From NCBI GenBank assembly GCA_023334545.1, contig JAADVB010000012.1, positions 62,001-126,000 on the forward strand: 64,000 nucleotides of DNA, in the 5' to 3' direction. The translations under genes and the position numbers were made by a program. This DNA comes from Salisapilia sapeloensis CBS 127946 (taxonomy: Eukaryota; Protista; Oomycota). Below, one piece after another: positions 31,685 to 42,953 of the stretch (positions are counted from its first letter, which is position 1; each line of letters starts with the position of its first letter). Below the pieces are notes generated by a model. That model had not been told where the DNA came from, ran no database searches, and saw only the letters and a list, made by a program, of their open reading frames with translations.

Positions 31685-32464
31685 ATGCCTTGTCTCGGTC
31701 GATCTCAACGCGGTCAGTGTACTCGTGCCGCTATACGAAACGGGTATTGTCGGTCCCACCAGTATCAAAATGATCCGGATCAGATGTGTCACGGGAAGAC
31801 GAGAGACGGTGAAAAATGCTATGCTCGAGCTCGCAAGCGCGATGGGTACTGCCGAGACAGTCATGTGCCAGGATACTTGGTCTACGTCCACCCACAAGAC
31901 CTACGAGGTGTTCTGTCTCCGACTCTCCGTCGCTCTGTCGTTCAAAAATACGAAGGTCCGGATGGTATATTGGATGCTTATAGCGGCGGATTGACAACCA
32001 ATCTCTATCATCTCGACCACGTGACGGAGTGCCAGATCTCTGCTACCATCCTTAACAATGCCTGGACGATAAATATGGACAGCTATGCCTCGAGAGAACC
32101 CCTGGACGACGTCGTCGGTCTCTTGCGTGACAATATCTTGAACACGGAGGCGAACCTCGTGTGCACAAGCGACTTTATCAACATCCTCAAGGGTCAAGCA
32201 GTAACGAATTTCTTGAACGAGCCGAGTAAGACGCCATTTCTCGACTGTCTCAAGAATGCGAGGAACATGAAGTTTCCTGGCAAACGATTGACACGCACGG
32301 TGACAGGCGAAATCTCCAGTCTGCTTGGTGCGAAAATGAAAGAATGTCAATGGAAAGTGGATAACGAAGCGGACAATAACTTTACAACGGAAGTCGTGGC
32401 GGAATTTCAGACGTTGTATACAACCATGGAGCTTCGGACGCCACGTGCCTTGTACTTTGAGTAG
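31685..32464 (+). CDS. Protein with two Cys/His zinc-ribbon repeats and an HNH-like (His-Me finger) domain
   Basis: CLGRSQRGQC...GYCRSH and CHGKTRDGEKC...GYCRDSH; LDAYSG, HLDHVTECQ, ANLVCTSDFINILKG; intronless. Confidence 0.6.
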   Translation: MPCLGRSQRGQCTRAAIRNGYCRSHQYQNDPDQMCHGKTRDGEKCYARARKRDGYCRDSHVPGYLVYVHPQDLRGVLSPTLRRSVVQKYEGPDGILDAYSGGLTTNLYHLDHVTECQISATILNNAWTINMDSYASREPLDDVVGLLRDNILNTEANLVCTSDFINILKGQAVTNFLNEPSKTPFLDCLKNARNMKFPGKRLTRTVTGEISSLLGAKMKECQWKVDNEADNNFTTEVVAEFQTLYTTMELRTPRALYFE

Positions 32465-32481
32465 GAAAAGAAAGACAAATC

Positions 32482-33621
32482 TTACGTTGCAATGTTAAAT
32501 TCACAAAGTAGTGGCAGGTGATCACTCGGTGAAAAGGCACTTGGTAACGAGATTTGACTCGTAGCTTGATCCTTCGACATGAGTTTTAGTAGAGCCTTGG
32601 GAATGAGCTGAGGAGAGTTGTAAAAGATATAGTCCAACGTCCCGACGAAAGCTGGTTCCTTCTCCGCTGTCTGTCCATTCACGTTCGTAAATTCAGGTTC
32701 GCCATTTGCGTACTGACCGTATGCGCTTTGGAATTGCATGACGCTCGTCAAGTAGTTGTAGACTAGACTTCCTGGCAGCGAGTTTAAGTCACCAGTGAAG
32801 ATGAGGGGCAAGGATGAGTACAGCGAGATGTGGTGGAGCAGACGTTTCGTCTGGAGGAGCTTGACGTCTTCGTGCTCGGGGTTCCAGAACAAATGCGTGT
32901 TCGACACGACGAACTCGAAGGACGAGAACTTGAACGTAGCGAGGATACCAACGCTGCCTCGTTCTGCTCGCCAGCGCAAGTCGTCATCTACGTCTACTGT
33001 GCGTGAGTATCTGTGTACAAGGGACGATAGGCGTAATAATGTACCTGACTCATCACCGGCAGGATGGTCCAAATCGATTTTTCTCTGATCCACAAGGTCG
33101 ATGGTCGCGTCATGGTAGAAGATTGCTACACCTTCTTTCTTGGTCGTCTTTTGAGCAAAGATTCTAAGGGATTTTTAGAATTGCTACTAGGTTTTGAATG
33201 ATTAAACGGACGGTCGTACCCTTTGTAGCCCAGCTCTTGCATGGTATTGAGCCAAAATCCATAGTAGTACTCTGCATCCACTTCCTATTGTCTTGGTTAA
33301 TGGATTCAATCGTGTCGCATCCAGAGTGGAGGTAGAAACCTGGAGACTAATAAGAGTAGGCTGCACTGGCATGGACGTAAACACTTTTTTCTAGTGTAAG
33401 GACAGCGTCACGTCAGACTGCAAAATCATTGATACTCTAGACCATGCTAATCAATGTACCAAGTTGGCCGACCTCGTCTTCCAGCGAAGTGACGGTCCAT
33501 GACAGTAAGGAAAGTAGCTCGACCTCGTATACGTTTGTGCCAAGACGTTATAAGTCATCACTTTCAGCGTCTCGCCTGCTCCAGACGACTCTACTTTCGA
33601 ATAAATACGAAAAGAGACCAT
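32482..33621 (-). CDS. CCR4/nocturnin/angel-like EEP-family phosphatase or deadenylase, multi-exon
   Basis: KVMTYNVLAQ, KEGVAIFY, SNTHLFWNP, GDLNSLPGS, TLDYIFY, PSDHLPL. Confidence 0.9.
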
Positions 33622-34021
33622 TGTCAATCATCCAACATTATTAGAGAAGGATAGACTTGATCAACTATACCTCTAGCCGCTGCCGAATCGATCTGCTGCA
33701 TCTCGAACTCCATCTTTATGCCTTCGTGTCTTTATTCGTGTCCGAATATTTTCCACCAACCATAGTTTACATAAGACTGTTATCCACCAATCCGATGAAG
33801 CCTCCAAATCGCCTACAAAAATCAAGTGTCTGCACGGAGGCATAGTGAAAGCAAGTGCGTTTATGGTTGGCTGAGAGCTTATACAAAAGTGATCGACATA
33901 AAGCAGCTCCATCAGTTTGTGGCCATCTCCCCCAATAGTTAAAGGTACATGCCGTCTTCTATGTGCCGTTCGATGCACGAATGCCTATGCAACGACCAGG
34001 AATACTCAATCTGTATACTAG

Positions 34022-34490
34022 ATGACGCAAGTGACACCCGTCGTGCGCCCCAAGATCGTCAAGAAGAAGGTGACCAAGTTTAAGCGTCACCAGTCTGACC
34101 GCTTCAAGCGTGTGCCCGTACGTATATGTTTTCAATAACAGCTTGTATGCTGGTATTCAATGCTATGGAAACTTGTAGGAGTCATGGCGTCGCCCGAAGG
34201 GTATCGACTCGCGTGTCCGTCGTCAGTTCCGTGGCACGATCCGCATGCCGAACGTCGGCTACGGCTCGAACAAGAAGACCCGCGACATGTTGCCCAACGG
34301 TTTCCACAAGTTCACCGTCACCAACGTTGCGGACCTTGAGCTCCTCCTCATGCACAACCGCAAGTACTGTGCCGAGATTGCTCACAACGTCTCTGGTCGC
34401 AAGCGCCGTGAGATCCTCGAGCGTGCTGAACAGCTCAACGTTCGTGTGACGAACCCGAGCGCTCGTCTCCGTGCCGAGGAGCACGAATAA
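34022..34490 (+). CDS. RPL32: 60S ribosomal protein L32 (eL32), 2 exons
   Basis: [22 protein letters not shown]|[15 protein letters not shown]...[13 protein letters not shown]. Confidence 0.98.
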
Positions 34491-34960
34491 GCCTTTGGAC
34501 GGACATCAGGGAGCAAGCCATGGAGGCCACAGTGCAGGGTTGGTGCAGGACTTTTCGCTTTTGTCTGTTAAGAGTCACTTGCTGATACTTTGGCATTGTG
34601 ATTTTCTTGTTCCTCGAACAGGAAAACTACATTCTGAAATGACAAGTCCTGCTTTCACTGCTTTTATTCATTCGTTTTACCACTTGTTACCATTCCTTTC
34701 AAGCAGTTTCTATTGCTCCAGTACCACATCGAATAAAGTGTGAGTATATTCTCGACCATGCGTCTATTCAAGTCCTCGTAGCTGTCTCGAGTGTGACAGT
34801 GGTAGCGCAGAACGGATGCAGCGCAGCATGGAGGCACGACGACCATTGCGTCCAAACAAAAGAAAGAGCAAATCTTTCTTTCGTCTCATATTGAGAGAAC
34901 ATTTGCAGCTGACAGTGCGTCCTACAAAATACCGACTAAGTCAACACAGTCTGAATCGCC

Positions 34961-35683
34961 ATGGTCCTCTCATCGCTGCTCGTCCCACGTCGCATGGCCA
35001 TCTCAGCTTCTCGCTCTACAGTCAAGCATTGCAATCTTCAGAACAATGGCTTGCAACCACTTCGACAATGTGAAAAGCGCTTCTTTTCTTCTTACAAGCA
35101 GCGGCAGCAAGAAGAATTAAAGGCCAAGAATCGTCGAGCTTTGCTCTACTTGGCTAGTATATCCGTTGCATTTGGAGGTCTGGCATACGCATCCGTTCCG
35201 CTCTACAAGATCTTCTGTCAAATGACTGGTTTCGGTGGTACGACACGTCGAGCAGACATGTATGCGGCGGAGACGTTGACACCACGTGAGGATACGACTC
35301 CGATTCGAGTCACATTTGATGGTGGCGTTAGTAGTAACATGCCATGGAAGTTTCGTCCACAGCAAAGAGAAGTGGTGTTAGTTCCTGGTGAGACTGCCTT
35401 GGCGTTTTACACTGCGAAGAACACGACGGACAAGCCGATTACGGGCGTTGCGACGTACAATGTCTTCCCTCCGCAAGTCGGCGTGTACTTCAACAAGATC
35501 CAGTGCTTTTGCTTTGAGGAGCAACGTCTTCGAGGCAATGAAGAGATCGACATGCCCGTTTTCTTCTTCATCGACCCGGAGATTGCGGATGACCCGAACT
35601 TGATTGGTGTCCATAACATCACTCTTTCCTATACTTTCTTCAAGACAGATGATGTGGATGAATCCGAGGTAGAGGACGAATAA
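34961..35683 (+). CDS. COX11: Cytochrome c oxidase copper chaperone COX11
   Basis: YASVPLYKIFCQMTG, GETALAFY, YFNKIQCFCFEEQ, DMPVFFFIDP. Confidence 0.97.
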   Translation: MVLSSLLVPRRMAISASRSTVKHCNLQNNGLQPLRQCEKRFFSSYKQRQQEELKAKNRRALLYLASISVAFGGLAYASVPLYKIFCQMTGFGGTTRRADMYAAETLTPREDTTPIRVTFDGGVSSNMPWKFRPQQREVVLVPGETALAFYTAKNTTDKPITGVATYNVFPPQVGVYFNKIQCFCFEEQRLRGNEEIDMPVFFFIDPEIADDPNLIGVHNITLSYTFFKTDDVDESEVEDE

Positions 35684-36120
35684 GCATAAAAGTCTTTCGC
35701 TTTAGTGCTTGATCACGAAGATCACATATTATCTGTACTACAAGATACAATCGACTAATCTAGACCAACCGCAGGAAGTACTCGTAGATCTTAACTTTTT
35801 CTACCATGTTGATACAAAAGGTAAAGAAATGTATATGTAAATGCAGATTTATAATGTTAATAAAGTGTTTTTTTTCATTGTTTTATGTTCTTATTCTCTT
35901 CGTTCAGTGGTATTTACTACATTCTGTCCTCTGTCGTATCTATCACTCGTACAGTTCCATCATGTCTGCATGTTATCAGATCAAGACAAACAAATCGTAC
36001 TTATCGCTTCATGTACGATCGCTAACAGTTGTGGGAAGTTATAAACATGTCTTGGCGTAAAGTACACTTTTCCCAACAGTTTTCAAACGAATAAAACACT
36101 GCTCAAGAGCGCGAAAAACA

Positions 36121-36492
36121 ATGGCGAGTCGCGATGAAGGTGAAGCAGATGAGATTCGGGAGCAAGATCGTTTCTTGCCGACGGCGAACATCTCTCGTAT
36201 CATGAAGGTGTCACTGCCATCGACTGCCAAGATCGCCAAGGACGGCAAAGAGACCGTCCAGGAGTGCGTGTCCGAGTTCATTTCGTTCATTACGAGCGAA
36301 GCGAGTGACAAGTGCCAGCAAGAGAAGCGTAAGACGATTAATGGTGACGACATTATCTGGGCCATGAGTACCCTAGGCTTTGACAGTTACGTCGAGCCGC
36401 TCAAGTTGTACTTGCAAAAGTATCGCGAGTCGGTCAAGGTCGAGAAGAATGATAAGAAGGATAACATTGGAAGCTTTGGTGCTTCGTCCTAA
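36121..36492 (+). CDS. NF-YB: Nuclear factor Y subunit B (HAP3)
   Basis: [44 protein letters not shown]. Confidence 0.97.
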   Translation: MASRDEGEADEIREQDRFLPTANISRIMKVSLPSTAKIAKDGKETVQECVSEFISFITSEASDKCQQEKRKTINGDDIIWAMSTLGFDSYVEPLKLYLQKYRESVKVEKNDKKDNIGSFGASS

Positions 36493-36598
36493 GTACATTC
36501 GTCCACCTGGTCTAGACCTGCTTTGTTTTTCTATTTCGATTCGTTCCTAGCGCTTAACAAGAATGAAGAAACACGCTTTTTCATTTGTTTTGTTCACT

Positions 36599-37463
36599 TT
36601 ATGATATGCTTTTGCGAGGACCGTGCTCATGTAAAAGCGTTTGCATGTGACTCTTACGAGCGTGTGCTGGTGTCTTAGTCGCCAGCACAGCGTGGAGGCA
36701 GTCAAAGACAGAGTCTCCGCCGATATCTCGAACACGCAGGTCTGTCCCGGCCTGGAGGAGTACCTTGGCACACGCGATCGACTCTCGGATGGTTGCTACA
36801 TGGAGTGGAGTCCATCCGCTGATCTGCATTGAAAGTTAGCATTTTAGACGTCTGGAGACGAATTATTGAGAGTACATGGTCCACGGCGTTTGGGTCTCCG
36901 CCATATTGGAGTAATAGTTGTAGAATCTGACTATGACCTTGCGATGCTGCCCAGTGCAAGCCACTCCAACCATGCTACACTAGGTAAGAAGTATACGGTT
37001 TGATGTGTCTAGTAGCGAGTACCTGATCAGCGGCATTTACTTCTACTTCCTCTGCATCAAGCATGGACTGGACACATCGCTTGTCACCTTTATAAACGGC
37101 TCGAATGAAATGCTTACACTCCTTCGTATCCGATATGACCGTCAACGTCGGCTGAAACGGTTCCTCGGGTGTCTCTTCATGCAGACTACTTTCCTCTACC
37201 TTTGGTTGTTCCTCTTCTCCAAAGCTAGAGTACCCATCCTTATCATCATCTACTGTATCTCGTACATCTGGAGCATCACCTTTGGTATCCACCGTCTTTT
37301 GTTTATCAGCTTCTACTCCACTTCTCTTTTCTCCATCCTCCAGTCCCTTTACCGTTCGATCAATCGCATCATTTACCTTGTCTCTCTCTTCTTCCTCTAC
37401 TTCATGCGCCAATTGTTGGAGCAACGTAGAGGTTTCCTCCTTGGCCACCTCCATTAACGTCAT
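36599..37463 (-). CDS. Ankyrin repeat protein with acidic N-terminus, 3 exons
   Basis: GLHWAASQGHSQILQLLLQYGGDPNA; GWTPLHVATIRESIACAKVLLQAG. Confidence 0.85.
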
Positions 37464-37517
37464 CTTGATTATAAAGATAAAGTAAAAGATTAAAAAAGTA
37501 AAAAACTATTATTAAAA

Positions 37518-40500
37518 TTATGCATCCAAGACACTCTGCAGCGTCCGTTGCTTCTTGCCTACGTCTCCTTTGGTCTCTGTCTTCCGCTTCTTCGAGTCAC
37601 TACCAGAACTACCAGGGGACGACTTCTGATGGAAGTTCCTCTTCGCCGACGATGCAGTCGCTCGACTCAATCGATCTAGTCCGGCATTCTCCTTCTCCGG
37701 CACTCGTCCTTCTTTCTTCAGTCGTTCATGCTCCGACAAGAGTTTCTCATACTCTTGTTGCAACCGATTGTAGTCCTCTTTCATCTTGGCATGATAATGA
37801 ATCTTTTGCTTATTATTCGCATGCCCACCCAGACGCATATTCTCCTTTTGCAACGAAGACACTTGTGTCTCTAGTTCCTTTCGTTTCTTTTCCAACTCGA
37901 CCTTGTCCCCTTCCACTTCCTTCAATCGTCGACGTACATCCCCCGTCTTCTTCGTCATCTCTGCTTTCTCTTCCTTTAGCTTCTCGACTTGTTTATCCGA
38001 TGCCGTCCGTCGTTCTAATTCAGCTCGCTGCGTCTTACATAACGCATGTGCTTTCTCCAGTTCATGCGTCGCTAGCTTGAGTTTCTTTTCTAGTCCGACA
38101 TTCGCAGTCCGAGGTCCATCCTTTAGTTGTCGAACTTGTGCCTCCAGTTCATTCGTACGTCGCGTCTGTTCTAGTAGTTGCAGCTCGACTTCAGCATGCG
38201 AAGCTTTCGATTCTTTTAACTCATCCTGTGCTTTCCGCAGTTCCTCATTCGAGTGTTCTTTCGTTTCCAACATAGACACTTGTTGCTGTAAGGAACCAAC
38301 TTGCTCTTGAAGGCTTTCTACTAGCTCTTCAGCTGTGCTTTTCTCTTTTTCAAGACAAGTGACTTGAGAACGAAGGGTTTCTAACTCCTTCGTACTAGTA
38401 GAAGATAGTTCCTGATGCTGTGTCTCTAGAAGCTGTTTGGCTTGAGATGCATCAGATAGTTGCTGCTCTAGTGTCTCGACGTCTGATGATCGGCAAGACA
38501 GCTCCTTTTGCAGATTGTCATATTGCTCCTGAAGAGTTTTCATCTGATGTTCAACTTGCTCTAGCTGCTGTTGACTCTCGAGTAGACGATCTTGATGGCT
38601 CTTGGCTTCTTCCACTGCCTTTGCTTCGCGACGTTCCGTGTCTTGGAGTGTCGACTCGAGTGTCTTCTTTTCATTCGAGAGCGAAGAAGACTGTTGCTGG
38701 ATACTTTCCAACTCTTTCGACTTGTCGTCGACTTGCTTCTGCAGCTTTTGCATCTCGACTGTTCGGTTCTGTCGTGCCTCCTCTATCTCCTGACGTTCCG
38801 ACTCGAGCTCTTTAGTCTTTTGATTGCTTTCAGATTCAAGACGAGAGATCGTATCATCCTTTATCTTCATCTGTGACTTGAGAGAAGTCATCTGAAGACG
38901 TACTTGTTCTAGATCTTCTTCTACCGCACTCTTCTCCGACAAGAGCTGCTTCTTATCTCTTGCAAACGTCGTTTCCACCTCTTCTTTTGCCTTTTTCAAA
39001 GCAGTAAACTCTGTCTCCATCTCTTTTACACGCTCTAGACGCTCTTGACTCTGCTTTTCAATCTTTTCTTTCTGACGAACAAAGTCTTGTCGATCATCTT
39101 GCAATTGCTTCTCATAAGCTTGTATCTGTTCTAGCTGATGGCAAGTTGTAGAAGTAAGAGATTTAATCTTGTCATCCTTTTCTTGTACTTGAGCGGAGAG
39201 AGATGACACGTCGGACTTGGAAGCTTCTAAAGCAGAGTCAAGATGACGCTTTTCCTCGACTAGCTGCTCCTTGGCATTCGTCCACTTATGTTGCATGTCA
39301 TCGCGTTCTTTCAAAATAAAGTCCTTTTCTTCCCGAAGCTCATGTAGACGACCATTCAACTCTTTTTCGACTTGAGATTTACTCGTAAGAGCGTCTTGCA
39401 GCTTTTGCTCTTTCAATCGCAACTCTTCCTCCACTTGTTTCTTGTCTGCTTCCAACTGACGTGTCTTGTTCCTTTCTTCTTCATGATCTTGTTCAAGCTG
39501 TTGGAAAGTAGTGTTTACTTGGTCCAATTGCTTCTCTAGTCCATCCTTTGTCGCTTGGATATTGGACATCTCATGCTCAAGTCTCTCCAGCTCCTTCTTT
39601 CTCTCAAGATGAAGAGCTTCAAGGCGCTTTTCCATTTCCTCTTTCGCGGTCGATAGGTTGCTGCATTCCTCCTCTCTTTCCTTTAACCGGCTCTCCAGAT
39701 GCGTCTTGTCTATATTCAAACGCTTCTCTTCTTCCTGTCTCGCGTGAAGATCCTTTTCCATCGTTTCCATCTTTCCCTCTGTCTTACTCAATTGATCCTT
39801 TAGCTCCTTCTCTTCTTTCTCCATCTCCATCACTTGACGTCGTACTCCCTCCACTTCTTCCTGTTTTTCTACCTGAAGGCATTGTAGCTTGTGTTCCAAC
39901 TCGGACACACGTCGTCGCTCTTGTTCCTGTGCTTGAACCAATTGCTGATACAAGTCTCGCTTCATCTCTTCGAGCTCTTGCATCTTCTTCCACTCGATCC
40001 CATGTCCTTTCTGTCTCTCTTCCAATAAAGCATGTTGGATCTGAGCATACTGCTTCTCCAGTTCTTCCTTTGCTCTCGACTTTTGTGTCAACTGCATCTC
40101 CAATTCCTTCACATGCATCTCATACTTGTGTTCTATCGCTTGTCTTTGTAAGTCCGCTGCTCTGACTTTATTCAATTGATCTTGTAGCACTTGATTCATC
40201 TCGTTTAGAGACTCCAGTTGAGCATCTTCAGATAAATCCATCGGAACGTCATCTTTATCCAAACGTTCCAACAAGTCATGCTTATCATGAATCACACTTG
40301 CCAATTGCTTCGAAGTGCTTTCGAGCATACCTTCCAATAGCTTTAGCTTAGCAGCATCTCCACCAGTACTCTCAACTTCTTCCAATCGACGTTTGACGTC
40401 ATCATGCTTCAATCGCCATTCAATCGCGTCTGGAGGTGGGACGTAATCTGCTTCTGGAATACGCTCGTCGCCATTACGAGAACTCTGGAGACGAAGAAGC

Positions 40501-41912
40501 AGTTTAAAGTGGAGAATGCGCTTTTCCAACGTCGACACGAGTTCCAACGATTTGTCACTACGTACTTCAAGCTGATCGTTCAGACGCTGGAGCCTGCTAC
40601 TTGCATCTAATGCTGATGCCAAAGCATCCTCCAAGTCCCGCACACGTTCACTCGTCACACCTTCTGCTTCTGACACTGGAGTCGACGCTATGGTCTGTGC
40701 AGTCGGATGATGAAGCTGTTCACGCAATCGACGGATCTCATCTTGTAGCTGCAAGACACTTCCAGACGTATCTTCATTGATAATCGCGTGGTTGCGTATC
40801 TTCTTTGCCCGTCGAGCAAACTTTAGCGTCGATAGCGTTTCAAAAGCCGAGTCTTCTGCTGGTGAAACAGTTGCAATCATGAATGTCTTTGAGTTACCAC
40901 CAAGAGAATCTTTTAACAAGAATGTGAGCTTTGAATCCCGATAATGCACGTGTCGATCTTTTCCTTGTGACTGTTCCGCTAGCCCCATGATGACGTTACC
41001 TAAGGCTGAAAGAGACTTGTTAATACTCCCTGCTTCCTTTAGACGATCTCCAAGTGTCTCGGCACTACGCTGTCGTTCAGACCCGGCAAGATCCACGAGA
41101 TTAAATCTCGATCGACGGATCTTAGTTACGCCATTTGCAAGTGACTCTTTCGTCTGGATCTGAAGAATGAAGACACTGTGGGAACGACTGGACTCTCGGT
41201 TCATCGCCGTTTGGCCGACGCGACGGTTGCGTGCACCTGCAGCCATAATTTCGGTAGCTCGTTGCGGTGAAGTCGCTTCTTCCTGGATCAAACCATCGAC
41301 GACGACGCCCATGCGTCCCATCTCTCGAAGCTGGAGACCAACAGCGTCGTGAGTACTACCCCCATCCAGCAAATCGTACACCCTTTCATTGTAGATTTCC
41401 AGGAACGAACAAGTAAAGCTGTGTTCTACGCTCTCGACCTTTTCATCTGCATTCTCTGGTTCCTCCGATGGCATGCTATTCAACGCATCTTGAAACAAAT
41501 AGTCAAACACACGCGGTACAAGACCTTTAGACGACGACGATTGGGTATCATGTTCATCCGGACCTTGCATCGTATACGTTTTACCAGACCCTGTCTGTCC
41601 GTACGCAAAGATAGTTCCGTTATAACCACGTAAACAAGCCTGTGTAATCGGACGTCCGACGGTATCAAAAACCTGCTCTTGTGTCGAGTCCTCACCAAAC
41701 ACTCGATCGTACGTAAACGTCTTGGGACCTCCAGGTGCCTGTTTTCCATGCAACAGCAACGTCTGATGCGTATTATCATTCGCGACAGACACGCACTTGC
41801 GAATGTGTGAGACTTGAGGTCCATGAAAGGAGCCTCCATGCCACTCTCGATCGTTTGGAGGCCGCACGCGACAGAAGACCTGAACGTTGCTCCCGCGCGC
41901 ATCCGTTGCCAT
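37518..41912 (-). CDS. KIF15: Kinesin-12 (KIF15/KLP2-like)
   Basis: Motor motifs VFCRVRP, GQTGSGKT, NRESSRSH, DLAGSERQ; long coiled coil; HMMR-type C-terminal GHANNKQKIHY; start MATDARG. Confidence 0.92.
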   Translation of the reverse strand: MATDARGSNVQVFCRVRPPNDREWHGGSFHGPQVSHIRKCVSVANDNTHQTLLLHGKQAPGGPKTFTYDRVFGEDSTQEQVFDTVGRPITQACLRGYNGTIFAYGQTGSGKTYTMQGPDEHDTQSSSSKGLVPRVFDYLFQDALNSMPSEEPENADEKVESVEHSFTCSFLEIYNERVYDLLDGGSTHDAVGLQLREMGRMGVVVDGLIQEEATSPQRATEIMAAGARNRRVGQTAMNRESSRSHSVFILQIQTKESLANGVTKIRRSRFNLVDLAGSERQRSAETLGDRLKEAGSINKSLSALGNVIMGLAEQSQGKDRHVHYRDSKLTFLLKDSLGGNSKTFMIATVSPAEDSAFETLSTLKFARRAKKIRNHAIINEDTSGSVLQLQDEIRRLREQLHHPTAQTIASTPVSEAEGVTSERVRDLEDALASALDASSRLQRLNDQLEVRSDKSLELVSTLEKRILHFKLLLRLQSSRNGDERIPEADYVPPPDAIEWRLKHDDVKRRLEEVESTGGDAAKLKLLEGMLESTSKQLASVIHDKHDLLERLDKDDVPMDLSEDAQLESLNEMNQVLQDQLNKVRAADLQRQAIEHKYEMHVKELEMQLTQKSRAKEELEKQYAQIQHALLEERQKGHGIEWKKMQELEEMKRDLYQQLVQAQEQERRRVSELEHKLQCLQVEKQEEVEGVRRQVMEMEKEEKELKDQLSKTEGKMETMEKDLHARQEEEKRLNIDKTHLESRLKEREEECSNLSTAKEEMEKRLEALHLERKKELERLEHEMSNIQATKDGLEKQLDQVNTTFQQLEQDHEEERNKTRQLEADKKQVEEELRLKEQKLQDALTSKSQVEKELNGRLHELREEKDFILKERDDMQHKWTNAKEQLVEEKRHLDSALEASKSDVSSLSAQVQEKDDKIKSLTSTTCHQLEQIQAYEKQLQDDRQDFVRQKEKIEKQSQERLERVKEMETEFTALKKAKEEVETTFARDKKQLLSEKSAVEEDLEQVRLQMTSLKSQMKIKDDTISRLESESNQKTKELESERQEIEEARQNRTVEMQKLQKQVDDKSKELESIQQQSSSLSNEKKTLESTLQDTERREAKAVEEAKSHQDRLLESQQQLEQVEHQMKTLQEQYDNLQKELSCRSSDVETLEQQLSDASQAKQLLETQHQELSSTSTKELETLRSQVTCLEKEKSTAEELVESLQEQVGSLQQQVSMLETKEHSNEELRKAQDELKESKASHAEVELQLLEQTRRTNELEAQVRQLKDGPRTANVGLEKKLKLATHELEKAHALCKTQRAELERRTASDKQVEKLKEEKAEMTKKTGDVRRRLKEVEGDKVELEKKRKELETQVSSLQKENMRLGGHANNKQKIHYHAKMKEDYNRLQQEYEKLLSEHERLKKEGRVPEKENAGLDRLSRATASSAKRNFHQKSSPGSSGSDSKKRKTETKGDVGKKQRTLQSVLDA

Positions 41913-42128
41913 GGTCAACGTGTGCCTTTTGTTGTCTTTTGGAGTTTTCTTTTGTGTTTTCTTTTGGCGGGAAGATTTGAATTGAATATACAAATATCAA
42001 ATGAAATATGTTCTACGAGACTCTTGAAAAGAAAAAGAAAAGAAATTGGTGCCAATCGAACGAAGTGTTGAATTGGAAGCAAAAGAGAGAGATGGTAAAG
42101 CTCTAGGCATGAGAAATTGTCTAGAGGT

Positions 42129-42805
42129 TTAGTGATCTTCGTTTTCACAGAACTCGGCATACGCTTTTTCATCCATGAGACCTTCAAGTTCCGACGCATC
42201 ATCCACCTAAGACATGGCAAAGATAAAAAATGAGGCATGAACAAGTTGTAATGGAAATGTAAAGTCTACGCACCTGGATCTTCATAAACCAGCCTTCTCC
42301 TTCCGGATCTTCATTGACGAGGTGCGGGTTCTCGGCCAATTCCTACGAGATTGGATGACCAAGAATCAGAATCAGATCTTCTTGAAGCAGAAGGAGACGC
42401 ATGTACCTCGTTGATGCCGGTGACTTTACCGCCGGCAGGAGCATACACGTCGCTCGCAGCCTTGACGGATTCAACCGCGCCAAAGGCTTCCCTAGAATCC
42501 ATGTAAAAACAACGTAAGTGCAAGCTCGAGCATACAAATTATCATCAAAATACGCACTCTTTCTTGAAGGCGTCTCCAATGGACGGCAAGTCGACGAACA
42601 CGACATCACCGAGCTGGTTTTGCGCAAAGTCGGTAATTCCGACGGTCGCTTCGGCGCCGTCCAGCGAAATGTACTCGTGCTGCTGCGTGTACTTGGTCGA
42701 GAAGTTGGCCGCAAGCGACGACGATCTCGAGAGGTTCACGAGAGCATTGGATTTTGCAACCTTGGGCACTGCTCGCGAAAGCAGAGTCGCTGCACGTACT
42801 GCCAT
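42129..42805 (-). CDS. GCSH: Glycine cleavage system H protein, mitochondrial, 4 exons
   Basis: Presequence; HEYI...[20 protein letters not shown]; lipoyl motif [13 protein letters not shown]; GEGWFMKIQ; last exon [12 protein letters not shown]. Confidence 0.95.
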
Positions 42806-42953
42806 AACCATTATCCTCTTGTTCCGAACGTCGCAAAAGATGATGTGAACGGATTGGTACCTCCCGCATACAAACGTCAAGTCAAATCGCAAGTCTATGT
42901 TTTAATCCAGTCAAGTTCAAGTCGACCATTTCGCACCAATTGTCACGGCCACG

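Noticed and set aside
33673-33978. 101-aa minus-strand ORF with VDHF and IFVGDL resembling EEP motifs
   Set aside because: Motifs are in the wrong order, and the adjacent CCR4-like gene already has its own start at 33621
37518-40400. Long Ser/Leu-rich plus-strand ORFs and apparent repetitiveness
   Set aside because: By-product of the Glu/Lys/Gln-rich coiled coil of kinesin-12 on the opposite strand
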